64,000 nucleotides of DNA from Sulfurovum sp. (lineage in GTDB: Bacteria; Campylobacterota; Campylobacteria; Campylobacterales; Sulfurovaceae): positions 48,347 to 112,346 of the forward strand of contig JAMOSB010000012.1 of NCBI GenBank assembly GCA_027068485.1. Reading direction: 5' to 3'. Numbering within the stretch: the first letter of the stretch is position 1; the number at the start of each line of letters is the position of its first letter. Below, piece by piece: positions 28,150-37,378 of the stretch. The notes beneath the pieces were generated by a model that did no database searches, had not been told where the DNA came from, and worked only from the letters and a program-made list of their open reading frames with translations. The position numbers and the translations under genes were made by a program.

Positions 28150-28743
28150 CTAGAGCATATTGCTAGTGATAGCATTATCATCATGGAAAGTATCCCACCC
28201 CTTAACCACCTCTTGCCACGCTCCATAACGATAGCTCAGATAGGCTTCACTCTCCTGAGGGATGAGATAGGATTTGCCATCAAAGGTGTGTCGCTTGAGG
28301 TGCTGATAAAAGTGTGCAGGGACAGATTTTTTCTTCTGCCCCACCTGCCAAAAGTACTCCCCCTCCTGCTCAAACTTGATAAAGATATCGAGTGCTACCT
28401 CCCCACGGATAAAGTGAAACTTACGGTTGCGTATTTTGATGATGCGTTTGATCCCCTTTTTAAACGGGGCATCATCTCGCTCAAACTCCTTAAACCAGAC
28501 CATATAGCCTAGCTTACGGATCTCTCCCACTGCATCAAGTAGGGCATCATAGTAGGCTTCGGTGAGGGAGATATCCATATCGTTATCCCACGGAAGTAGA
28601 CGATTTTCGCGTATGACCCCAAGGAGTGTCCCCCCCTCTAGCCAATACTCAATCCCTTTGTGATCAAGTAGATCTGTAACGCGTCGTAGCATCGTCAAGG
28701 CGATTGTGCCATTTTTCCCCTCAAGGGTGTATTTGCCTGCCAT
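28150..28743 (-). CDS. LicD-family phosphotransferase (phosphocholine/polyol-phosphate transferase family).
   Basis: YWLEGGTLLGVIRENRLLPWDNDMDISL (LicD DxD motif). Confidence 0.8.
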   Translation of the reverse strand: MAGKYTLEGKNGTIALTMLRRVTDLLDHKGIEYWLEGGTLLGVIRENRLLPWDNDMDISLTEAYYDALLDAVGEIRKLGYMVWFKEFERDDAPFKKGIKRIIKIRNRKFHFIRGEVALDIFIKFEQEGEYFWQVGQKKKSVPAHFYQHLKRHTFDGKSYLIPQESEAYLSYRYGAWQEVVKGWDTFHDDNAITSNML

Positions 28744-28744
28744 A

Positions 28745-29485
28745 TTAGCCTTTCAATTGTTTCAATCGTTTTTTACGGGAGAGGTAGCGTTGTTGCTTCT
28801 CCAGATAGCCTTGTAGTAAGCCCCAAAGCTCCTCCACACGCTCCCCTGAGTGCTTCGCGTAGAGGGTGACTAGCGTGTAGTTATCCTCACGGTTGGAGGT
28901 CAACTTCGCGAGGCTCTTCATACGCAACGCACTATCAAGGCTCAAAAACTCCATACGATTGAGATCAATCAACGAGAAGTGATAGCCTCCCTCAAGTAGT
29001 TTGACCAAGATATTGCCTGGGGAGTAGTCGACATGGTAGACCCCTTTGGTGTGCAGGTCATAGGTAAAGGCGACAAACGCCTCTAGTATCGCCTCACGCC
29101 CCTCAAACGCAGGATCCTTCAAGACCGCTCGTATCTCAAAATCATACGCAAAGAGTCCACTAATATAGTAACTCTCCCCAAACAGAAAGCGGGAGGGGTA
29201 CTCATGGTAGCCTATCGGGGTCGGGGTATTGACCCCTAGTGTGACAAGACGCAATCCATTCTCATAAGAGCGTTTCGCCTTGGAGGGGCGAAAGAAGCGG
29301 TAGATGAGTTGGTTGAGACGGTGGGGTATCTTAAAGGACTTCACTACATAGGTCTGCTCTTGGTGGGTGACCACCTTGAGGGTGTTGCGTTTGTGAAAGA
29401 GTGTCTCATTGCCCTCTTGGGCAAAATAGTGCTGTATATTGGCGACAAATGCCTCATCACGAGGGTTAGCGACTTCATATCCCAT
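28745..29485 (-). CDS. Lipopolysaccharide kinase family protein (Kdo/WaaP/InaA-like).
   Basis: GVYHVDYSPGNILV catalytic-loop-like motif and LIDLNRMEF. Size and layout fit PF06293. Confidence 0.7.
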   Translation of the reverse strand: MGYEVANPRDEAFVANIQHYFAQEGNETLFHKRNTLKVVTHQEQTYVVKSFKIPHRLNQLIYRFFRPSKAKRSYENGLRLVTLGVNTPTPIGYHEYPSRFLFGESYYISGLFAYDFEIRAVLKDPAFEGREAILEAFVAFTYDLHTKGVYHVDYSPGNILVKLLEGGYHFSLIDLNRMEFLSLDSALRMKSLAKLTSNREDNYTLVTLYAKHSGERVEELWGLLQGYLEKQQRYLSRKKRLKQLKG

Positions 29486-30543
29486 TATGGCTCCTCTAGT
29501 AGGGTGACAATACGCTCAGAGACCTGCCCATCGACCACCCCACAGATCGCTTGGGTGTAGGCGGTGCGTATGGCGTGATAGCGTTCAGGGTATTGGAGGT
29601 TTGCCTTGACCATGGTGACCATCTGGGCATAACTCTGGGCATTGTCCCCAATCTTACGGTAGCTCTCTATCCCCTGATCGAGACGGTTGAAGAGCTTTTT
29701 TGGGTTGAGGATATAGCTCCATCGGAGCTTCAAAAAGCGATTGAGAATGACAGGTTTATCCAGTGCCGTAAACTCAAAAATCGCTGAACTCTCATCGGAG
29801 ATCATCACATCACACAGATGCAAAAAAGGTACCAAGGAGTACTCACTACTCTCACACACCACACAGTTGGGGTAACTCGCCCAGTGCCTAAAGCGTGCTT
29901 GCTGTTTGGCGTAGCGTTTGCGGTGAAGGCTGAGATAGTGCGGTTTGATAATGATATTGCACGCGTTAAAGTCCTGAGGAAAATCCATCGCCATCTTCTC
30001 GATAGAGGAGGGGTAAAAGGTGGGAGCGTAGAGAATCGTGGGCTTGGAGGGGTCGAGGTGGTACTTCTCTTGATAGTGGGTTTGTTCTGCCTCAGAGAAG
30101 TGTACAACCGCATCGAGCTTAGAGAAGCCCACCTTATGGAGCTTATGGGCAAATGCAGGATAGGCGTGACGCAAGGAGCTATCACGATACTCCCCCTCTA
30201 CAAGGACGATATCAAACTCCTCCAACGCACGGGCATAGTTACAGTGTTTGGTTCCTACCCCATGATCCATAAAGAGTGTCGTCGCAGAGATCTGAGCGAT
30301 AGACTCAAAGAAGTTGGCAAAGAAGATTGCATCTACCGTAGAGTCAAAGAGTTCTGACTCCTCCCATCCATAGTCTAGCCCCTCTCTCTGGGCTATCTCC
30401 TCCATCAGCACACTGTTTTGTTGGGTGCTAAGGATATAGCGTACCTGATCCCCCCGCTCCTCTAGCACCCTACCAATTGGTAAGAAGTGTGGAAAGTAGT
30501 AGGGGTAGGCGATATAAAATAGTACCGTGAGGGGCTTAGACAT
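29485..30543 (-). CDS. CDP-glycerol glycerophosphotransferase (TagF)-like protein.
   Basis: CDVMISDESSAIFEFTALDKPVIL motif. Start taken at ATG 30543 (MSKPLTVLFY), which gives an 8-nt overlap with the upstream gene. Confidence 0.75.
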   Translation of the reverse strand: MSKPLTVLFYIAYPYYFPHFLPIGRVLEERGDQVRYILSTQQNSVLMEEIAQREGLDYGWEESELFDSTVDAIFFANFFESIAQISATTLFMDHGVGTKHCNYARALEEFDIVLVEGEYRDSSLRHAYPAFAHKLHKVGFSKLDAVVHFSEAEQTHYQEKYHLDPSKPTILYAPTFYPSSIEKMAMDFPQDFNACNIIIKPHYLSLHRKRYAKQQARFRHWASYPNCVVCESSEYSLVPFLHLCDVMISDESSAIFEFTALDKPVILNRFLKLRWSYILNPKKLFNRLDQGIESYRKIGDNAQSYAQMVTMVKANLQYPERYHAIRTAYTQAICGVVDGQVSERIVTLLEEP

Positions 30544-31810
30544 GAGGACTCCTTGGGGTCGTCGGCTCAGGGGTACCATACTCTATAGAGAGCAGATACA
30601 TCACCATCACACTATAGCCATAAAATGGGATAAAGAACTTACTCGTAAAGAGTTCTGAGAGGCTAAAGAGTGTCACAATCGTCGTCACAATCAACACCAC
30701 AAAGGGAGCGGAGTGACTCGCTAGGGCAATTCGAAGCTGAGTAGAGAGGATCCAAAGCAACAACACAAGCCCCACCACACCAAACTGCATAAACATAAAC
30801 AGATACATATTGTGCGGATTGAACTGTCCTGAGCCATCACCTAGACACTGCTTAAAGAGCTGTTTGGCTTCGGGCTTACCTATGAGGCGTTGGAGTTCGA
30901 GGATACCATCACCTGAGCCGACCCCCAAGAGTGGATTGGCACGCCCAATCTGATAGGCGTAGTACCAAAACTCAAACCGACAGGTCAAGGAGCGTCGCTT
31001 GGTGGTATCTTGCTCTAAGACCTGAGCCTCAAGATCCATCGTCTTAATCACCTTGATTGTTGAGTCGACCTGATGCTTCACCTGAGGGAGAGTACCATAC
31101 GCAAGCAGTGCGAAGAGTACCAACCCACCAATCATCCCCACAACCCCACGCCACGAGAGCCTAAAGTGATAGAGTATTACAATCGCCGTAGCAATAAAGA
31201 GGTTGATATAGCCCATCCGTGAACCACTCACCTCAAGGGTATAGACCATCAATAGTGCAAGCAGTACCATCACCCCTGTATGCCATGAGACAAGGGGACG
31301 GGTGGCGATACGGTCTAAGAAGTAACTATACGCAAAGATAAGCATCCCCGCAAGATAGACACGGTGGACATAGGGTGAGGTGTCGATAGTATAGGGGATA
31401 TCGAGTAGACCCAAGGCGATCAAGCCTGTCATAATACCCGTCGTAATCAACGCCAACAGCATCGACCAGAGGTAGTAAGGGATAAACTTTCGCTGGTACA
31501 TCGAGAGGGCTATAGGGACGATCAGATAGAGTAGTGGGCGTTCAAGTATCTTACGTCCTGCGTAGAAGTTCTCTGTCCAGAGTAACCCCACCACAAACAT
31601 CCCCACAAAGAGCAGAAAAGTCCAGACAAGTTTATGAGATCTAATCCGCTCCCACTTTGCATGGAAATCTCCTGTCACAAGCCACAAAACCCCTAGCAGT
31701 ACCAAAATCGCACGGCTCGCCTTATGGTCAAAAAAGAGTACAAATCCAAAGAGGATAATCAGCAGATTAGCAAAGAGATAAAGCTTTGGCTTCACACGAG
31801 TAGCATACAT
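30536..31810 (-). CDS. O-antigen ligase / Wzy_C-family polytopic membrane protein (WaaL-like).
   Basis: About 10-12 TM helices, with a periplasmic loop containing GSGDG...FNPHNMYLFMFMQFG (Wzy_C-type H motif). Confidence 0.75.
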   Translation of the reverse strand: MYATRVKPKLYLFANLLIILFGFVLFFDHKASRAILVLLGVLWLVTGDFHAKWERIRSHKLVWTFLLFVGMFVVGLLWTENFYAGRKILERPLLYLIVPIALSMYQRKFIPYYLWSMLLALITTGIMTGLIALGLLDIPYTIDTSPYVHRVYLAGMLIFAYSYFLDRIATRPLVSWHTGVMVLLALLMVYTLEVSGSRMGYINLFIATAIVILYHFRLSWRGVVGMIGGLVLFALLAYGTLPQVKHQVDSTIKVIKTMDLEAQVLEQDTTKRRSLTCRFEFWYYAYQIGRANPLLGVGSGDGILELQRLIGKPEAKQLFKQCLGDGSGQFNPHNMYLFMFMQFGVVGLVLLLWILSTQLRIALASHSAPFVVLIVTTIVTLFSLSELFTSKFFIPFYGYSVMVMYLLSIEYGTPEPTTPRSPHV

Positions 31811-31816
31811 ACCTCT

Positions 31817-33526
31817 CTACCCCTCAAGCCCAAAGTTTCTCTTAAAGGCATCACTCTGTGCCACCTCACTATAACGACCTATCTCCACAATCTCCCCTTG
31901 ACTCATCACCACCACCTTATCGGCATGCTTGATGGTGTTGAGGCGGTGGGCGATGACAATGGAGGTCTTTGAGGCGATGATATGGAGAAGACTCTCTTGG
32001 ATCATATTTTCGGTATCGGTATCGAGTGCAGAGGTCGCTTCATCCAAAACAAAAAGTGAGGCATCTTTATAGAGTGCCCGTGCGAGGGCAAGGCGTTGGC
32101 GTTGTCCGCCTGAGAGCTTCTTCCCATTCTCCCCTACCTTGTAGGCATCCTTCTGACTAAACCCATCGATAAACTCACAATGAGCCAATGCAACAGCTTG
32201 AGCATAGCGTGCCTCATCGTAGGGGAGTCCATAGAGGATATTCTCTTGGATGGTGGTGTTGAATGTCCCTGCACTTTGATTGACATAGGAGATGTGATCA
32301 CGAATACTCGGTGCCATACGGGTGGTGATATCGATACCGTTGATAAGTATCTGCCCTGAGGTGGGTGTGCGAAACCCAAAGAGCAGGGTCAAGATGGAGC
32401 TTTTGCCCGCTCCTGTCTTGCCCACAAAGGCAAAGGTCTCATTCTCCTCTATGGTAAAGCTAAGATTTTTCAAGATCTCTTTATCTCCTATCGTAAGTGA
32501 AACCGCTCTAAATTCGATCTTCTTAATCGCCTCATCGAGTGGTGGGAGGGTGTGGTTCTCCTGTTTCATCTTGAGAATATTCTCTGTCCGCTTCACATAG
32601 GTGTCGAGGATATTGAGTACCAGTGCATTTTTGGTGACGACTTTAATCGGTGCATAGAGCATCATCAGAGCAGTCAAAAAAGCAAAGAAATCCCCCACGG
32701 TCATCCCATCTTCTATCACCAGTGTCCCCCCAAAGTAGACCACCGACGCAATCGCCAAGGAGACGAAAAACTCCATCGCAGGCGAGGTCGCCTCTTTGTA
32801 GCGAGAGAGCTTGAGCTGAAACTCTTTGTAGTACTCTAGTACCGTATCAAACCGCTTCTGCTCATACTCGGTGCGGTTGTAGACCTTGACAATATCGATA
32901 TGGTTGAAGGTCTCATTGATACTATCGGTAAGTCCTGAGATCATCTTCTCCGCACTCAAGACATGCTGTTTGACCCGCTTGCCTAGATAGCGTACAGGGA
33001 GTATCACAATCGACGCAAAGAGAATCGCAAAGAGTGAGAGCTTCCAGTTGAGAAAGAGTATCATCCCCACCAGTGCAATAATCGTCATCACACTCACAAG
33101 GTAGTTGGGGAGGGTACGGGCGATGACATTACGCATATTGAGTACCGTCTGGATGATATGGGCATTGAGATCCCCTACGGTCTTGTTCTGTATCGTAGCA
33201 AACTCCGCATTGATCGCCCGACCAAACATCTCAGAGCGGATCGTCTTGGTCACCCCTATCCCGATACTTGTAGCCAGATAGATACTCAAAAAGCGGAAGA
33301 TCCCCCGTGTCACAAAGAGGATAATAATCGCAAAAGGGATGAGTGTCAACATCGCTTCATTCTTATCCACAAAGATATTATTGAGGATAGGCTTCATCAT
33401 ATAGGCACCCAGTGCCGAGGTGATCGCCACCATCACCATCGAAAAGACCGCCCAGATGATACGCAGTTTATAGGTTTTTATATAGGGGAGTAGGAACTTT
33501 ACTCCATACCATTTTTCATTTTTCAT
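31817..33526 (-). CDS. MsbA/PglK(Wzk)-family ABC exporter (fused TMD-NBD half transporter); lipid A or lipid-linked-glycan flippase.
   Basis: Six-TM domain, Walker A GKTGAGKSS, signature LSGGQRQRLALARAL, and Walker B LFVLDEATSALD. Confidence 0.9.
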   Translation of the reverse strand: MKNEKWYGVKFLLPYIKTYKLRIIWAVFSMVMVAITSALGAYMMKPILNNIFVDKNEAMLTLIPFAIIILFVTRGIFRFLSIYLATSIGIGVTKTIRSEMFGRAINAEFATIQNKTVGDLNAHIIQTVLNMRNVIARTLPNYLVSVMTIIALVGMILFLNWKLSLFAILFASIVILPVRYLGKRVKQHVLSAEKMISGLTDSINETFNHIDIVKVYNRTEYEQKRFDTVLEYYKEFQLKLSRYKEATSPAMEFFVSLAIASVVYFGGTLVIEDGMTVGDFFAFLTALMMLYAPIKVVTKNALVLNILDTYVKRTENILKMKQENHTLPPLDEAIKKIEFRAVSLTIGDKEILKNLSFTIEENETFAFVGKTGAGKSSILTLLFGFRTPTSGQILINGIDITTRMAPSIRDHISYVNQSAGTFNTTIQENILYGLPYDEARYAQAVALAHCEFIDGFSQKDAYKVGENGKKLSGGQRQRLALARALYKDASLFVLDEATSALDTDTENMIQESLLHIIASKTSIVIAHRLNTIKHADKVVVMSQGEIVEIGRYSEVAQSDAFKRNFGLEG

Positions 33527-33541
33527 AGGCTCTCCTCTCCT

Positions 33542-34261
33542 TTAGCGTAAGGCACTCAACTGCTCTATCGCCCGATCGATATCCTCAAAGTCGATACCAT
33601 TAAGTTGTGCTAAATCATACTCCCACCACGCCAAAGCAAGGAGTTTCTCAATCTGCTGAGGATCAAAACGATACCGTATCACCTTGGCAGGTACCCCCCC
33701 TACAATCGCGTAGGGTGGGACATCTTTGGTCACAACAGACCCCGCAGCCACAATCGCCCCATCCCCTATCGTTACACCTGCCTTGACAAAGACCAGAGAA
33801 CCGATCCAGACATCATTGCCTATCACCGCCCCCTCAGGTGTATCAAAGGGCTTTTGAGCAAACCCATCACAATAGGGTTTATACTCAAAATGCTCTGCGA
33901 TATTGTACTGTATCGAGGAGCTACTGAGCCAATCAATGGGGTGATCCACCGCTCCTATCTCACACTTCTTGCCAATAGAGCAGTACCGCCCCACACGCGT
34001 GGTGTAGAAGAGTGTGGTACCGTTATTAATATAGCTAAATGCCCCGATCTTCACCTTGGCTCGGATATCAACATTGGCATAGAGGGTCACAGGGGCTTCA
34101 AGCTGTGCCTTTTTATGGAGATAGACCGAGGGAGCAATACGGTTATTGTTTTGTGATAAGTCACGCTTCTTACTCCCCACTGCACACGGGGTGATACCCC
34201 TTCGTACGACACGGCAGAGCTCTTTTTTGATCTTAGTGAGCATAGAGTTCTCTAAGTGCAT
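33542..34261 (-). CDS. Hexapeptide-repeat acetyltransferase of the XAT (CatB/Vat-like) class.
   Basis: Left-handed beta-helix repeats ([31 protein letters not shown]) and the DHPIDWLSS motif typical of XAT enzymes. Confidence 0.8.
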   Translation of the reverse strand: MHLENSMLTKIKKELCRVVRRGITPCAVGSKKRDLSQNNNRIAPSVYLHKKAQLEAPVTLYANVDIRAKVKIGAFSYINNGTTLFYTTRVGRYCSIGKKCEIGAVDHPIDWLSSSSIQYNIAEHFEYKPYCDGFAQKPFDTPEGAVIGNDVWIGSLVFVKAGVTIGDGAIVAAGSVVTKDVPPYAIVGGVPAKVIRYRFDPQQIEKLLALAWWEYDLAQLNGIDFEDIDRAIEQLSALR

Positions 34262-35303
34262 CCACTAATACATCAACATAGGCGCGATCCATCTCACCCA
34301 TATGAGACACCCTAAAGATTGTCTCTTGAAGTGCCCCGCCATTGGGACAGACCATCACCTTGGCATCACGCTCCAACGCATGGACAATCTCACTCGCTCC
34401 CCACCCATCAGTTGGCGTAAGTGTTGTCATAGCATTGGGCATAAAGGGGGTATAGGCTCGGAGTGGTAACCCCTTGATCTGCTCTCTGAAGTAGGTCGCC
34501 ATCTCTTTGGCTCGTTGGATCGTCGCCTCAACACCCCCCTCTCGCTCGATCTGCTCCAAGCGTGCAAGAAGCTGAAGGAGTATCGTCACCGCAGGGGTGT
34601 AGGGGGTCTGTCCCCGCTCCCCATCTTTGAGGTAGTTTTTGAAGTTGAAGTAGTGACTCTGCACCTCTCCTATCTTGGCGATCGCTTTGGGGTTGAGGAC
34701 AACCATCGTCAGCCCAGGAGGGAGTGCCAAGCCCTTTTGACTACTCAAGATCACCGTATCGATATGGTGCTGTTGCATATCGATAGGATCGGTGACAAAC
34801 ATACTAATCGCATCGACGATATTGAGGAGATTATGCTTGTGACAAAATGCTCCAATCGCTGGGAGATCATAGAGATGCCCCACACTGGTCTCATGGGCAT
34901 TGAGCACCAACGCAGTGTACTCCTCTCCCCTCACCCATCTCTCAATATCACTGAGGTTTCCCTCTGTAACAGGCAGGACATCATGGGGGACATGGTAGCT
35001 TTCACACAGATCAACAAAACGCGCACCAAATCCCCCACCATTGACCACCAACGCATGATCCTCCGCACCGAGTAGGTTCATCACCACCGACTCCATTCCC
35101 GCTGTCCCTGAAGCGGTCAAGAAGATCACCCGACTCCCCGTAGGAGCATTGAGCATCTTAAGCAGATACGCCTCACAGCGGTGTACCACTTGGGAAAATT
35201 CACTATTTCTAAAGTAAGGTGTCTGCTTCGCACCTATTGCGAGTATCTCCTGTGACATCTTCACAGGGCCTGGGGTAAAGATGGCGTAATCTTCATATAT
35301 CAT
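34233..35303 (-). CDS. Class V PLP aminotransferase (AGXT/PhnW/serine-pyruvate aminotransferase-like).
   Basis: [14 protein letters not shown]-terminus, [10 protein letters not shown], and [11 protein letters not shown] containing the PLP lysine. Confidence 0.85.
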   Translation of the reverse strand: MIYEDYAIFTPGPVKMSQEILAIGAKQTPYFRNSEFSQVVHRCEAYLLKMLNAPTGSRVIFLTASGTAGMESVVMNLLGAEDHALVVNGGGFGARFVDLCESYHVPHDVLPVTEGNLSDIERWVRGEEYTALVLNAHETSVGHLYDLPAIGAFCHKHNLLNIVDAISMFVTDPIDMQQHHIDTVILSSQKGLALPPGLTMVVLNPKAIAKIGEVQSHYFNFKNYLKDGERGQTPYTPAVTILLQLLARLEQIEREGGVEATIQRAKEMATYFREQIKGLPLRAYTPFMPNAMTTLTPTDGWGASEIVHALERDAKVMVCPNGGALQETIFRVSHMGEMDRAYVDVLVDALRELYAH

Positions 35304-36666
35304 TGGGATGCTCCTTATTGTATTGGACGACGATTTTATTGAGTTCTAGCATATCGTAGTGGGTGAGTCGTGCGGACTCTATCTCCCCTCGTTGGATCAA
35401 GGTCACAAACTCTGCAATCATATAGCGAAGTCCATCCCCCTCAAACTCATAAGAGAAGTGATACTCTTTGTGTGGATCTTCAAACTTGAAGTAGAACTCT
35501 TTGGTAAGCCACCACGGAGCGGGGATATAGAGATACCCTTTGGTACCAGAGATCACCGCATTGCCATCGGACTTCATCTCTATCCCCACAGTAGCCAGAC
35601 CAATCACCCCTTTTTTGTGTGTGGTGATGACACGGTTGCTACTATCATACCCCTGCGTCTTCTGATCAAAAAAGGTGATACTCTTGCTCTCTCCTGCGAT
35701 CTTCTGCACCAACAAAGAGGGGTAGGAGATGAGCAGATTTGTCGCACCATTTTGAATATACCGCTTAGGAAAGCCTCGCTCTTTGTAGAGGGAGGTGAAG
35801 GTACTTCTCACCTCTTTTATCTCCCCTATCACCCCACTCTTAAGCTCGGACAACATGGTATTAAAGGCAGGGGCAAAGGCGGTTTTGAGTGCCATAAGAA
35901 GCAGTCGATTCTGCTCTTTTGCCAACACAAAAAGCTCCTCAGCCTGCCCCTCCTCTAAGACCAGAGGATTTTCACATAGAACATGTTTTTTCTGCCTAAG
36001 TGCTAACTTGATCTGTGCGTAGTGGTGTTTGATATCGGTTGCGATATAGACCGCATCGATAGAGGAGTCTAAGAGATCAGCGTAGGAGTCGTAGAGTTCA
36101 GAGAGGAGAAACTCCTCTTGAAACTTACGCCGTGCTTTGGGCTTCTGGGAGTAGAGGGCGACCGCTTTGGCACTAGAGACAAAGGAGAGCTCCCGCAAAA
36201 ACCGTCTACTATCTCCATTGGCACCCACAATCCCAATCTTAATCGTATCGATCTGCTCATTACGTAGCTTGGTACTAGAGATCCCCTCGGTACGAGGGAG
36301 ATAGACCACTTGGGTATAGGCGTTGAGATAGTCAAACTTCCCTACCCAGTCATCCCCAATCACAAACTTATCGATACCATACTTCTGCATATCTTCGACT
36401 TTCTGTTTGGCGTGGGTTTCGAGTATCACCTCATCGACAAAATCGAGCCGTCGCACCGCCTCTAGTCGCTCCTCTTGACTCTGAGAGACATGCAACTTTC
36501 CACGCGATCGGTCATAATCCTCACTGGTCACCCCTACAATGAGATAGTCCCCTTGGGCTTTGGCTCGTGTGAGGATATTGATATGTCCGATATGGAGCAT
36601 ATCGTAGGTACCATAGGTGATGATCTTGGTTATCTTTTTTTGCTTCTTACTGCTTGCCAAAGTCAT
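35293..36666 (-). CDS. Fusion of a TagD-type (glycerol-3-phosphate-like) cytidylyltransferase to a Gfo/Idh/MocA oxidoreductase.
   Basis: N-terminus ITYGTYDMLHIGHINILTRAKAQGDYLIVGVTSEDY (HxGH nucleotidyltransferase). Then IGIVGANGDSRRFL...VYIATDIKHHYAQIKLALRQKKHVLCENP (Rossmann plus the EKP-like motif of Gfo/Idh/MocA). The start is uncertain: ATG 36666, 36696 or 36753. Confidence 0.8.
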   Translation of the reverse strand: MTLASSKKQKKITKIITYGTYDMLHIGHINILTRAKAQGDYLIVGVTSEDYDRSRGKLHVSQSQEERLEAVRRLDFVDEVILETHAKQKVEDMQKYGIDKFVIGDDWVGKFDYLNAYTQVVYLPRTEGISSTKLRNEQIDTIKIGIVGANGDSRRFLRELSFVSSAKAVALYSQKPKARRKFQEEFLLSELYDSYADLLDSSIDAVYIATDIKHHYAQIKLALRQKKHVLCENPLVLEEGQAEELFVLAKEQNRLLLMALKTAFAPAFNTMLSELKSGVIGEIKEVRSTFTSLYKERGFPKRYIQNGATNLLISYPSLLVQKIAGESKSITFFDQKTQGYDSSNRVITTHKKGVIGLATVGIEMKSDGNAVISGTKGYLYIPAPWWLTKEFYFKFEDPHKEYHFSYEFEGDGLRYMIAEFVTLIQRGEIESARLTHYDMLELNKIVVQYNKEHPNDI

Positions 36667-37378
36667 CTCCTTGCTGGGTGATACACTCACTCTCATCCCA
36701 TGAAACATCAGGGGTCTGCCACGCACCATAGATCGCGGTGAGATAGGCTTCATAGTTTTTGGGAATGGTACACTTCAGGTGATAAAAATCGATCTCAATC
36801 AGCCCCCCCTCCAAGAGATCCTTAGGGATACTCTGGACACGATTTTCTGCCATCCAATAGAGTGACCCCTCCTTCTCATACTTAAAGAAGATATCCATGG
36901 AGTTGTACCCCGCTTTGCGTTTGCGTAGTAGTCCACTGGTTCGGCTATTGCGTATCTCAGCCAATCGGTAGTAGTAGGGGTCTGTGAAGTCTATACTGTC
37001 GACAAAGACACTGAGTGAGGGATTCTTTTGGAGTTTGAGTTTGCGGTTTTTGATACTCCGATAAAAAGAGACCACCCACCCGTGAAGCCCCTCTGCTCGT
37101 AGGTCTTTGAGTACCTCTTGTATCTTGTGATAGTCACACTCATCTACCAACGAGATATCGACATCATCATCCCACGGGATAAAGCCCTTCTCTCGTACGG
37201 CTCCCAAGAGCGTCCCAAAATCCAAATAGTAGGCGATATCGTGTGCCTTAAGTACCGCGATACTCTTCTCTAGTATCGCTAAGGAGTTGGTGACATTGTG
37301 TGGATATTTAAACTGCTTTTGCTCTTTGCGTTGTGCTCTTCGTTTGGCTTTGGATAGACTCAATACTCTCATAAACAC
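36647..37378 (-). CDS. LicD-family phosphotransferase.
   Basis: YYLDFGTLLGAVREKGFIPWDDDVDISL. Confidence 0.8.
   Translation of the reverse strand: MFMRVLSLSKAKRRAQRKEQKQFKYPHNVTNSLAILEKSIAVLKAHDIAYYLDFGTLLGAVREKGFIPWDDDVDISLVDECDYHKIQEVLKDLRAEGLHGWVVSFYRSIKNRKLKLQKNPSLSVFVDSIDFTDPYYYRLAEIRNSRTSGLLRKRKAGYNSMDIFFKYEKEGSLYWMAENRVQSIPKDLLEGGLIEIDFYHLKCTIPKNYEAYLTAIYGAWQTPDVSWDESECITQQGDDFGKQ

Noticed and set aside
34233-35303. Interpreting the class V aminotransferase as PhnW of a 2-aminoethylphosphonate decoration pathway (LicD-dependent AEP transfer).
   Set aside because: The window has no PEP mutase or phosphonopyruvate decarboxylase. The HpcH/HpaI protein at 6330-7094 has aldolase-family motifs, not the PEP-mutase/isocitrate-lyase signature, and it belongs to a different operon.
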